Shown piece by piece: positions 38,200 through 50,494 of a stretch of DNA of 64,000 nucleotides. The notes under the pieces were generated by a model that made no database searches, was not told the DNA's origin, and was given only the letters and a program-made list of their open reading frames with translations. The stretch is from Basidiobolus meristosporus CBS 931.73. Taxonomy: Eukaryota > Fungi > Basidiobolomycota. Position 1 is the stretch's first letter. Each line of letters opens with the position of its first letter. A program made the position numbers and the translations under genes. The stretch is taken from positions 1 through 64,000 of the forward strand of contig MCFE01000186.1 of NCBI GenBank assembly GCA_002104905.1. The letters run 5' to 3'.

Positions 38200-39831
38200 T
38201 CAATAATCAGCTCATACTAAAGCAATAATGAAGCAATTAGGTGCAGTGGCTGAAAAGATAGATGCAATGGCCAGAGAAATCAGGAAATAGTTCAGAAACA
38301 GGATCAGTGGATAATATGTGTAGAGTAATCAATATCCCAAGTAAAGAAAGTAGTATCTTTGCTGCAGCAAACAAACTTAGTAGCAAAATGTTGCAGCCAA
38401 CAACTGAGCATTTTGTGATGTAACAGCACAGGAACCCCATACAGTCTTTGAAGCACAACAACAGTACCCAAAGATAACACTGTGGTGGTGTAGAGGTACT
38501 CCTGGGAGAAGAAACACAACTCAAGGTGTGTGAGGTGACTGATGGGTGTAATTCCTAGGTGCTCCAAGTGTCTCCAAAGGCCTCTGTGTGTCTTGTGCAC
38601 TACCCTGAAAAACTCCTTGATGGCAGGTCTGAGATGTAACTGTTGAAGGCAGGTGCAGTGATCAACTGCTAATCAATAAGGGAAAAGTGTTACTTATAGA
38701 AGGGATGATTTATTGATAAGGGGTGGCCTTCCCTTGAATATTTTTCCTGATTGCCATTTGATTACTAATGACAAGGTTCTGGAAGATTCCAGGCATGAGT
38801 GGAATTCTTGTCAACATCACTATGAGCTAAAAATATGCCAAGAATGGCCTGGAGGGTTCCAACAGGCACAGCACATCCAACCAATGAGGGATTGGTAGTC
38901 TGAAACCTGTACAACATAGAGATACCATATATGGTATTTAAATGGTAGGGATGGTAACACAGACCTAAGTCATGTGTTATGGGTATTGATATGGGTACCT
39001 GCCTTATGTATATACATATACTGATCACAAAGCTGAATAACATCTGGGATAACCAATGCTTATAACTAATCAGAGTAAACATCATATGGGGATAACACTG
39101 ATAAGATAAAATATGGATAAGTATATCATAATAGCTATATGAATAAACTTGTCTGTGTGAGGCATGTTTAACCTACCACAATGCCTACAGAAAAACCTAT
39201 CACAGCATGGGAAGGAGACAATGTAGTGTTTATACCAAAGCCTAAAAATCAAAAGACATTAAAGATCCATTTAAGCTGTTGAGTGCAATAATGCAGAGTA
39301 GGCTAATATTCAAGAGGTCATCAGAAGTCTAGCATGCCATCACCTTAAGGCTGGCATACCATGACACCATCAGGAGCTCAAGGCCAAGAAGAATGCACTT
39401 GACTTGTTCCATGAGCATTATTTTGGATTCAAACAGGCAAATTGATTTTGGGTCAGCATTGTTATACTAAGAAAGTATCTTAAGAATAGCAGATACTATC
39501 AAAGGCAAAAGAACAAGGGTGCCTTGGCTAAAAACCAGCAGCATCCTCAAGAGCCTGTTACCAGGAGGGCCAAAAGCTCCAAACAAGTATCAAAGAGATG
39601 TCAGGAAGCTGTAGGACTGCCAATAAGGGACTAGCAGGCAGACACAGATACATGAGCACAACATGTATCAAGGAAAAAGTGTAGTACCATCCAAGAAGCA
39701 CTCAGTCAAAGTAGCAGTGAAGGACATGACAGTGATAAAAGCCAGCAACTTTCACAGGAGTCTGTCACAACTACAGCTGAGAGCCTCAAATAAGTGGAAA
39801 GGAAACATCAGGTTGCCAGAAGAGTGCCAGC
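38200..39831 (+). repeat. Unclassified repeat family X, left part of the Copia copy 2 host sequence
   Basis: 38200-38330 matches the reverse complement of 46040-46180; 38660-39000 matches the reverse complement of 46985-47324; 38920-39060 resembles 33360-33500. There is an imperfect internal tandem duplication at ~39540-39831. Confidence 0.7.
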
Positions 39832-42800
39832 TGTTATAAAAATTTGTATTTTCCACCTAAATATTCACCTAACTTAGTCACTTAGATCATCACCTTCAAA
39901 TCCTAGAGAATACTGACCAAATTTCTTGTTGGGATTTACTTAGAATATTTTCACCAAAATACCAGGTACCCAGAACATGAAAATTCTCAAAGTTGTCCAA
40001 ACAGCCCCAAACTTTGCACACATGTTTTTGGGACCTTCCTTAACCTATTCTATGTGTTTGTAATGCCAAGACCATGTAAAAGTATAAATACTACTTTTGC
40101 ATTCAATAAATCATTAAGTGAAAACCACATAATCTACTTCTTCTCCAAATCACTTCCAATATCTCCAAGACTCTTACAACAGGTTATGAGCCCCAAGCTG
40201 TCACTCTCTGCAATGTCTACTACTGCTATTACTGGAATTTTTCCCTCTGCTGAAAAGTTGGATGGATCTAACTACCAAGTGTGGAAGGTGAAGATGAAGA
40301 TGCTGCTACAAGAAAGAGGCCTTTGGGATATTGTCATGGGAGAAGAATGCCCTCCTAAAAATGTGGGAGAGGAAGCCTTAGAGTACCAGAAGAAAGAACA
40401 AAGTGCCTTTAACTGCATTTGCCTTAATGTCAAGGACAAATTGCTAATTCAATGCTCAAGAGCAAAAACTGCAAAGAATGCCTGGAAGGCATTAGAAGAC
40501 ACCTACCAGTCATGTTCAGCTGCCAAGAAAATGTATCTGAGAAGAAAATTCTTTACTACAAAGATGCTGCCAGGAGAAGAAATGAAAAATCTAATTAACA
40601 GAATTACCCTGCTGGTAGATGAGATGGAATCTGTGGGTGTACCAACTACGGATGAGGATGTGATAGTTACCATCCTGAATAGCCTGACAGACAAGTTTCA
40701 GGGCCTTGTATCAGCCCTAGAGTCCAGAACTGAAGATTTGACCTTAAATTACGTATATGGAAGGCTCCTGGATGAAGAATTAAGAAAATCAAGCGCCAAT
40801 AAGAAGGAAGAAGAAAATGCTTTAATAAGCAATGATAACCAACAAAGGAGGTACCCAAGACCCTACAAAGGCAACAGCAACCTATTTTGCAACTACTGCA
40901 AAAGGAAAGGACACACATCAGACCGGTGTTTCAAAAAGAGAGATTATTAGCAAAAGAAGCCTGAATATGGAAATGCTGCAACAACTGAAGATAGACTATT
41001 CATATCTGCACTAAATATGACCACAAACAAGGATTCTCAGACGTGGTATATTGACTCTGGAACTTCTCAACACTTTACACACCAAAAAGAACTTTTTACC
41101 CAATATCAAGAAATTCCAATTAAGAAGGTTTTCATGGGTGACAATAGAACACTAGATGCAGTGGGAGAAGGAACTATCCAAGTAAACCTTAGATGCAGTG
41201 AAGGAAGCCATACACTGACCTTTAAAGAAGTACTCTATGTACCAGAAATAGCCAAGAACCTACTCTCTGTAAGCAAGGCCACAGCAGAAGGACTCAGTTT
41301 CAGTTTTGACAATTCTGGATGCAGGATCACTGATCAAAATGGTGCTCATATTGCTTTGGGCATCAGAGATCAGAACCTATACAAGTTGACTTATATTCCA
41401 TCATATCTGGAAGCCAATATAAGTAACTTAAATGAAGAAACACCAATGCTTTGGCACAGGAGATTTGGACACTTATTAATTATTTGCGCAAAATGATCAA
41501 AGATCAGCTAATTTCTGGAGTGAAAATTGATCCCCCAGCTATTTTGGAGCACTGTGAAGCCTGCATATATGGGAAACAAGCCAGACAACCGTTCAAGAGC
41601 TCTGGGTTAATCAAAACTAAGAAAAATTAGATCTAATTCACTCAGATCTGTGTGGACCTATGCAAAATTTATCCTTAGGGAGGATGAAGTATTTAATCAC
41701 TTTTATTGATAATTATACAAGATACACATGGGTCTACTTCATGGAGAGAAAGGAAGAAGCTCTGTCTAAGCTCAGGGAGTTTAAAGTCATGGTGGAGAGA
41801 GAAACTGGTGAAAAAATCAAGAAAATATGCTCTGACAATTGTGGAGAATATACCTCAAAACTCTTCATCCACTTCTGCAAAGTTTATGGGATAAAGCAAG
41901 AGACTACTGTACCATACTCCCCACAGCAAAATGGAGTAGCAGAACAAGCTAACAGATCAATAATTGATATGGCAAGATCTATGATCCATGATCAAAAATT
42001 ATCCTATGATTTTTGGGCAGAATCAGTTGCCACTGCTGTATATCTTAAAAATAGGAGTTACAACAGAATACTTTGTGATTCTACTCCATTTGAAGCATGG
42101 TATGGATACAGACCAAGTGCAGAACATCTAAGAATATTTGGGTGTACAGCATATGCCAAAAAACTGGCCGGAAATCAGTCAAAATTTGAGCCAAAAAGTG
42201 TAAAATGCATATTTTTGGGCTACTGCAATGAGAGTAAGGCATACAGACTCTACAATACCAAAGCAAAGAAGCTGATCAAGTCCAGGGGTGTGTTGTTGGA
42301 TGAAAATTCAAAATTTTCACAAAAAATGACATCAGATGATGACAAAAATTTGATCTCAAGTCCACCAATTGTCAGGATTGAATCAGAGCAAAACAATGAA
42401 AATTTTTTCACTCCAGAGGACTCTACAACCGTGGTTCAGCCAGAATCAGTGCCCAGGAATATCCCAGAAGTGATCATTCCAGTATCAAATGCCCGGAGAT
42501 CCAATTGGACAAGAAATAGCCCAAATTACTATATCAATGAGGGTACAAACTTAGCCTATGCCTATTCAGTCCATGTTGATGAACCCCAGACTGTAAAAGA
42601 GGCCCTAAATAGCCCTCAGACAAAGTTTTGGAGATCTGCAATGACTGAGGAATATCAGGCACTGATGGAAAATCAAACTTGGGACTTAGTCAAATTGCCA
42701 ATCAACCAAAAATCAATTGGATGCAGATGGGTCTTCAAGAGAAAATACAAGGCTGATGGTACAATTGAAAGATACAAAGCAAGACTTGTAGCCAAAGGAT

Positions 42801-44512
42801 ACTTTCAAACAAAAGGACTTGACTATACTGAGACCTTTGCACCGGTAGCCAAGTTTAATTCCATCAGATTAATATTGGCTATTGCAGCCAAATATAAGTT
42901 TTTTATTCATCAAATAGATGTAAAAACTGCAGTTTTGAATGGAGAACTTGAAGAGGACATGTATATGGACCAGCCTGATTGGTTTGTTGACCAAGATAAC
43001 CCCCATTTGGTCTGCAAGCTTAAAAAGTCACTATATGGTCTCAAACAATCACCGAGAGCCTGGAATTGCAAGATAGATTCTTATTTGGAATCTTTGAGTT
43101 TCAAAAGGAGTAATGCTGACTATAGTATATACTATAAGCCAGATAGAGCAAATCCAGTTCTATTAGCTCTATATATGGATGATCTTATTATAGCCACCAA
43201 TAACCTAGAAACATTGGAAGAGACTAAATCCAGCCTATCTAAGGAGTGCAAGATGTCCAATCTAGGAGAACTTAGTTACTACTTAGGGATTAAGTTCTCC
43301 ATAGACAGAAGTACCCAGACTATTACCCTAAGCCAATCCAAGTATATTCAAGATATACTAAAGAAGTACAAAATGGAAGACTGTAAACTGGCAGTTACCC
43401 CAATGGAGACAAACCTTAACTTGGTCAAAACTCACCAAATCAAGAGAGCTTGGTGCCATCTGAAAGCCCTGACTTTCCTTGTCAATCTATGGTTGGCAGT
43501 CTGATGTATATCATGCTTGGAACACGTCCAGATATCTCATATTCAGTGGGAGTTGTCAGCCAACATAATCAGAACTATGGATCTGATCATATTGCAGCAG
43601 TTAAGCGGATTTTTAGATACCTAAAAGGAACTGCTGATATCTGCTTAAGATACACTTATAAGGATTCAGAACAGGATCTTGTGGGATACTCTGATGCTGA
43701 TTGGGGACAAAATTTAGAAGACAGAAGATCCACCACAGGATACACCTTTCTTTACTGTAAAGGAGCCATTTCATGGAATTCAAGAAAGCAACCAACCGTA
43801 GCACTTTCTACTACAGAGGCAGAGTATATGGCAGCCTGTGAAGCTACAAAAGAAGCAATGTGGTTAAGAAAGCTCTTTACAGATTTAGGCCTATGTCAAA
43901 AAACGCCTATTACTTTATTTCAAGATAATCAAGGATGTATACAATTAGGTAGAAATCCAACTTTTCATGCTAGAACCAAGCACATAGATATTAGACATCA
44001 TTTCATACGTGCAGCTATAGGGAATAACTTAGTTAGCTTAGTTTACTGTCCTACAGATGAAATGATTGCAGACATATTTACCAAACCATTAGCTAGAGAC
44101 AAGTTTGAATATCTTAGGTCAAAATTAGGACTAGTCAGTGTGAACATTTAGCTGAGTGGGAGTGTTGTAAAAATTTGTATTTTCCACCTAAATATTCACC
44201 TAACTTAGTCACTTAGATCATCACCTTCAAATCCTAGAGAATACTGACCAAATTCCTTGTTGGGATTTACTTAGAATATTTTCACCAAAGTACCAGGTAC
44301 CCAGAACATGAAAATTCTCAAAGTTGTCCGTACAGCCCCAAACTTTGCACACATGTTCTTGGGACCTTCCTTAACCTATTCTACGTGTTTGTAATGCCAA
44401 GACCAGGTAAAAGTATAAATACTACTTTTACATTCAATAAATCATTAAGTGAAAACCACATAATCTACTTGTTCTCCAAATCACTTCCAATATCTCCAAG
44501 ACTCTTACAACA
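39832..44512 (+). mobile_element. Ty1/Copia copy 2, full-length (4681 bp), inactivated
   Basis: LTRs 39832-40181 and 44163-44512 (350 bp each), 5-bp TSD CCAGC at 39827-39831 and 44513-44517, PBS at 40182, PPT at 44151-44162. All gag-pol domains are present. Nonsense codon at 40948-40950 (CAG in copy 1) and frameshifts near 41480 and 43435. Confidence 0.98.
40182..40193 (+). promoter_or_regulatory. Copia primer-binding site complementary to the tRNAiMet anticodon arm (half-tRNA priming)
   Basis: GGTTATGAGCCC starts immediately after the LTR CA end. It is the reverse complement of GGGCUCAUAACC, the anticodon stem-loop of yeast-type initiator tRNA-Met. The identical motif is present in copy 1. 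Confidence 0.88.
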
Positions 44513-44517
44513 CCAGC

Positions 44518-46480
44518 AAGGGACAAACAGGCCAAAACAGATGCATCAGAAGAGAATCTATCTGGGAGAAAGGTAGTTGCTTACAAGAAGCACTCAAACA
44601 TAGTAAAAGTGAAAGACCTAGCAATGATAAAGGAAAAGGTGAAGGGAAAATGTCTACCCAAGCCCAGGACAGGGAAGCATGCAAAAAAAACTGCAGCACA
44701 TGCAATTAATGCCACAAGCCTGGAACACACTGAATCCCATCAAAGCCACAAAAAACTACCAGCAAGAAACCAGCTGCTTTCACAAGAGTTGGAAGCACAG
44801 CCAGTTGAGCTACACTCCAGCAAGATAGATGAGTTAGCAGAAAAAGGTAATTTATCTACCAATGCCTCAACATCCTCCACTGTTGACAGTGTGGAGATCC
44901 CACTGACAGACAGGGCTGTAATAACAAGAACTCATCAGAGTATCACAAGGCCCTCAGTGCAATTTTGGAACACTAGTAGACACACCAAGAGGTTGCAGCA
45001 CAACTTCAAGAGCAGTGCTCAAGAGAACTGCTTGAATATTGCAGGGATTTATTACAACAACTGGCAGATGAGGTGCTAGACCTTGCAGTGCCAGCTGAAG
45101 ATCAGGACATTGGGGAGCCAGTGAATCAACAGTGGCATATTGCTGTTAGGCTCCTGTCAAAGTCATGGAAACAGAGCTTTAAAGCAGAAATACTTATTGA
45201 GTGTTGGATTTTAGTGGAGCTACTTGTTAAGTGTGGGGTTGGGCTCAATGTTAATGTAGACTTTAGGGACCTGTATGGGTCTGAACAATTGGCAATTGAG
45301 GTACATCTGAAGTTTCAACAGAAACAAATAAATATATATGCATGAAAAGTAAGAGAAACAGTTGAGTCAGGAAGCAAGGAGTGTGAAAAAGAGGCAATAG
45401 CCAAGCAGTGCACACAAATGTAGGAGGTGATAGGGTATTCAGAATCAGAAAGTGAACAAATTGGCAGCAAACCAATCAACAGCCACTTATACATTTTTGT
45501 GATGGAAATTTTGACTAAGTTTTTTGTGAGATCTGGGATGCAATTGTTTTTCAGCAGTCTCTGCACAGTGTCCTGACAGGATTAGTACCTCTTAGTCATG
45601 GGACTTGAAATCTGTGATAGCCATTTGATGGGATCATCACAATAATTTCTCATAGGGGCTAATAACTAATAAGGGTAAACATTCTATGGGGTAATACTAA
45701 CAATTTGGGCAAAGAATAATGGAATAACACTAATAGAATAAAATACAAATAAGTGCATCATAATAGCTATATGGATTATCTTGTCTGTAGGAGGTTTAAT
45801 TATCCTACCCCAACAGCTTCACAGGTCTCCAATGATTTTTAATTCTTATGCTTGGGTATAAACACCACAGTCCCTCCCTCCCTTGTTGTGATAGGTTTTC
45901 TGTGGGCTTTATATTTGGAAACTGTTGTTGTGCTGTAAAGACTGTATGGTGTCCCTCTGCTGTTACACTAGGAAATGGATTAGTTGGTGACTGTGACAAT
46001 AAGCTACTTGAGTTCCTTTGATACTGCAATTTCTACCTGTGACAGTAACTGCTCTACACCTATTATCTGCTCAGTCTGTCTCTGGACTATTTCCTGATTT
46101 CTCTGGCCATTGCATCTGTCCTGTCAGCCACTGCACCAAATAGCCTTATTAATGCTTTGGTATGGGCTGATAAAAAACTTGCTAATACGGGTGGCAGCAA
46201 TATTGTGATGGTCATTTGCTGGCCTTCAACCAGAGGTAGTGCATTTGCTACATTCTCACCTGACTGAGCATTGTGGTCAGCTTGCAGCGCCAGGCAGATT
46301 CTCAATGGCCTACTTGACTGAGAGCCTGAGGAGTCCATATCATTACCTTCAGTTGGCACACTGTCAGCATGGCCTTTTGATGTAGCCTAGCATGTTGCGC
46401 TCACTATCAAAGCAAGCTGTTGTCCAATCACCTTTCTGCTGCTTTTGTAGTGGGGTGAGATAGTAGCTCTGCATTGTACT
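44518..46480. repeat. Unclassified repeat family X, right part, with a switch of orientation near 45800
   Basis: 44518-45560 is colinear with inverted 32480-33345. 45659-45800 is direct to 39060-39175, whereas 45815-45905 is inverted relative to 39185-39270. Confidence 0.65.
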
Positions 46481-46734
46481 GAGTGTCAATTTGTTTGCCC
46501 ATGGACAAGACTACTTTGAGTTTACAACACCTTTAAGCTCACTTCAACCTTCTGAATATGGCCCATACTGTGATAGCTCTAAAGAAGAAGACTTGTTAAT
46601 TGATAGGGAGCCTATTATCCCTCACAGAAGTACCCTGCATGATCCTGGCAAAATCCCAACATGCAATGAGACAGCACCAGTGGAACAAGAAGCCAGGGAT
46701 ACTTTATGTAGCCAAGTGGGTTATCAGGTTCATT

Positions 46735-46984
46735 CATGAGTATCTGACAGGCAGTCTCACAGACTATCTCCCACTTCAAGGTGTTATCTTTCTTGAGGAT
46801 ATCAGTTAAAGGGGTGACCATTCTTGCAAAAGACTTGACATATCTCCAATAATAGGAAACCATTCTAACAAATGATCTGCATTCTGTTATACTATAGGGC
46901 TGCTTTAGATTCTTGATGACTTCATCCTTCTGAGGGTTTAAGGTCAATCCTGTGCTAGTCACTATGTGTCCTAGGTATTCAATG
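46735..46984 (-). pseudogene. Isolated ~250-bp Ty3 RT/connection fragment
   Basis: IEYLGHIVTSTGLTLNPQKDEVIKNLKQP...RSFVRMVSYYWRYVKSFA is homologous to 49920-50170 of the neighbouring Ty3 element but in opposite orientation. Confidence 0.85.
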
Positions 46985-47694
46985 TAAGTAACTGCAGCAT
47001 TACCCATGACAAATGACCTGAGTCAGTGTTACGATCCCTACCACTACAATACCAAATATGTCATCTCTACTTTACTCATGTTTCAGACTACTGATCCTTG
47101 ATTGCTTGGATGTGCTGCGCCTCTTAAATCCTTCCCGGACCTGCTTGGAGTTTCTTAGCTTACAGTGATGACGTCCAGAAATCCACTGATCCCTGAAATC
47201 TTCCAGAACCTTGTCATTAGTCATCACTGGGCAAATGGGAAAAGTACTTAAGGGAAGTCAATCTCTCATCAATAAACCATCCCTGCTATCAGTTACACTT
47301 CTTGCTTATTGATTAGCAGTTGATTGTTATGATCTACCGTTTGAATGTTTAAGTTAGATCAGTTTTTAGTTAAATCAATTAGTTTTATGTTTAGCCTATC
47401 AGTACATCAGTTTTATCTATCAAATCAGTAGTATTAGTCAGTAGATGAATTAGCAGATCCTTATCAGACAGAAAGATTCATATTAAGTACAATTTAATTG
47501 GGTGATGATGATGCAATCAAATGATTCATCTGCCACAGCCTACATTAGGAAATACAATTAGTCAGCAAATGATCTGGTAAAATGTATATAAGGAGCTGCT
47601 GGAACCTCATTAGAAATCAGTTCAAGTTTTAGTGAATACAATACTAGCTAAACTCCCTATTCCTCTACAACTCTTATACCAAGACTTGTAACAT

Positions 47695-47703
47695 TGGTAG
47701 CAG
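47695..47703 (+). promoter_or_regulatory. Ty3 primer-binding site complementary to the 3' end of tRNAiMet
   Basis: TGGTAGCAG lies one base after the LTR end and recurs after the family-A LTRs ending at 54514 and 63893. It is complementary to ...CUGCUACCA, the 3' end of AGCAG-type initiator tRNA-Met. Confidence 0.8.
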
Positions 47704-50494
47704 TGATAACCAGAAACCTCCCTCCTGAAGAAAGAAGAAACCACGCTCAAGATGTTGGAAAATCAAGAATAGAAGAATGCTGTGCAGTAAATCCTGGCCC
47801 AACAGCAACAGTTACTCCAGATCCTCAGCCAACAGCAACAAGGAATGACTACCATGGCTCAGAACCAGCAAAGCCCTGTTAAGAGCAACTTTAGTGTGAA
47901 GGTCAACCGGTACCATGGCAGAGCCAATGAAAACCTGGGAACTTGGCTCTTTCAGATTGAAGAAGCTTTTAAAGCTAACGGAATTGCTCCAGAAAGCAAG
48001 TTGCATTATGCAGCTTCTTACCTGGCAGATGCAGCTTTACAGTGGTACCACAACAAGATCAGGTCAGCCACTATGATGGGATGCTCAACAATCTCTACCT
48101 GGGATGAGTTTGTGTTGGAAATTCAGGATGCTTTTGAACCTCCACACCAGCAGACACTACTAAGAAGGAAGTTAAAGACACTCAGACAGAAAGGCATGGT
48201 TCAAGAATACATCTATGAGTACAGATGTCTACTTGGACAAATTGAAAGAATGAACCCCCTGGATCAAGTTGAATACTTTATTGATGGGTTGAAAGAAAGA
48301 ACTTGCAAGGAAGTGAATTACCAAAGACCTCAGACTATTGAAGAAGCCATCAAGATTGCCATTGACTATGACTCAGCAATGTTTGGAGTTGGGAAGCCTA
48401 CAGTGACTAATCAGAAAAGCTACAATCATTATGAAAGAAGACAGTCAGAAGCAATACCAATGGAAATAGACGCTATGCAGAAGAATCCTACCTCAGAAGA
48501 ATGTAAGAAGAAAGGACTTTGCTTCAATTGCCACCAGCAGGGACATATCGCAAAGTACTGCCCTCAGAGAAGAAATGGACACCAGCCATCAAGAACCTTT
48601 AACTGTATTGAGGTCATGGAACATAGTAACATGAAGGATGAACTTGAAGAAGACTCAGAACTCACCTTCCACATGACAGAAGAATACCTATCCCAGATGA
48701 CCTCAAATTCAGGAAAGCTTATATACTTGAATGGAGTAATCAATGGAGTAACTGCCAAGATCATGATTGACTCAGGAGCATTGCATGAGTACATGTCAGA
48801 GCAATTTGCCTTGAAAGCTAGAATGAGCTCAGAACCTACCAAATCAACTTCAGTCTCTACTGCTGATGGGAACTCTCACGTAATCAACTGCATTACCTAG
48901 CCAGTAAGAATGAAGATCAATTACTATGAAGAAGACCTAAAGGCTTACATATTTGGGAACTGCAAGCTTGACCTTGTACTTGGAAAAACCTGGCTATTTT
49001 GTTGTAATCCATCAATCAACTGGAGAACCCATGCTACTCAAATCCAAAAGAACAACAAGACCTATGAGCTGTTGCCTGCCAGGCTGGATTTCAACTTGGT
49101 CAATTCCAGTATGTGTGAGACAAGTGAACTTAGCAAGACCCAGTTCTGTAGAGCACTTAGAAAAGGTACTCAGATGCTCCTCATGGCAGTATTACAGGGG
49201 GATTCCTCTACCCCAGCACCCCAGCAGTTCCAGACTCTCTTGAAGAAGTATTCAGATGTGTTTCCAGATGAGCTTGTAAGCCTACCACCAGTCAGAGATG
49301 TTGATCATGCCATTGACACAGGAGATAGCCCTCCAGTAGGTAAGACACCTTACAGAATGAGTCCATTGGAATTGGAGGAAATGAAGAGACAAATTGATCA
49401 GCTATTGGAGCAAGGATATATCAGGCCCAGCAAGTCACACTGGGGAGCACCAGTGCTTTTTGTGAAAAAGAAGGATGGAACACTTAGGACGTGCATTGAC
49501 TACAGAGCCCTGAGCTCAGTTACTGTCAAGAATAAGTACCCCATACCTTGGATTGATGAGCTTTTGGACCAATTTAATGGAGCCACTATTTTCAGCAAGA
49601 TTGACCTCATGTCAGGATACAACCAGATTAGGGTGAAGCCAGAAGACATCCCTAAGACAGCATTCAGGACCAGATATGGATATTTCAAGTACTTAGTCAT
49701 GAGCTTTGGCCTCACCAATGCCCCTGCAACTTTCATGACCCTGATGCGGACTGTCTTCCAGGAGTACTTAGACAAGTTTGTCATAATCTACCTAGATGAT
49801 ATGCTGATATACAGCAAGACAGAGGAGCATCACTTGGTGCACATTGAAAAGGTCTTGAAGAAGCTAAGAGAGAACAAGCTTTATGGCAAGCTACCCAAAT
49901 GTGAATTCTTTAAGGAACACTTTGAATATCTGGGACACATAGTGACTAGCACAGGAGTAACCTTAGACCCTAAGAAGGTGGAAGTAATCAAGAATCTGAA
50001 GCAGCTCCATAGCATATCAGAGCTTAGATCATTCCTTGGAATGGTTTTGTATTATTGGAGATTTGTCAAGTCATTTGCAAGTATTGCAGCACCTTTAACT
50101 GATATCCTCAAGAAAGACATTACCTACAAGTGGGACATAGCTTGTGAGACTGCCTTCCAGATGCTCAAGATGAACTTGCTAAGCTACCAAGCTTAAGAAT
50201 ACCAGACTTCAGAAAAGAGTTCACTCTGTGCACAGATGCTTCAGATTATGCAAATGGTGGAGTGCTGAGCCAAGAACACAAGGGAAAGGACTACCCTGTT
50301 GCCTTTGAATCAAAGAAACTGAACTCAGCAGAGCAAAACTATCCAGTCCATGAGAAGGAGATGCTTGCTATAAAACACTGCTTGAAGACATGGAGATGCT
50401 ATATTGAAGGAGTCAAATGCACTGTGAAGACTGATCATGCCTCCCTCAAGTATATATTTACTCAGAAGGTACTCTCTAGAAGAATGACAAGATG

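Noticed and set aside
48898-48900. In-frame TAG between gag and pol ORFs as programmed readthrough
   Set aside because: The stop lies within the protease domain, after DSG, and the homologous minus-strand copy near 63440 has CAG. It is a C-to-T nonsense mutation.
40948-48900. Classical CpA-to-TpA RIP suggested by two CAG-to-TAG stops
   Set aside because: CA and TG dinucleotides remain abundant in the repeats while CG is what is missing. Two events are not enough to infer RIP.
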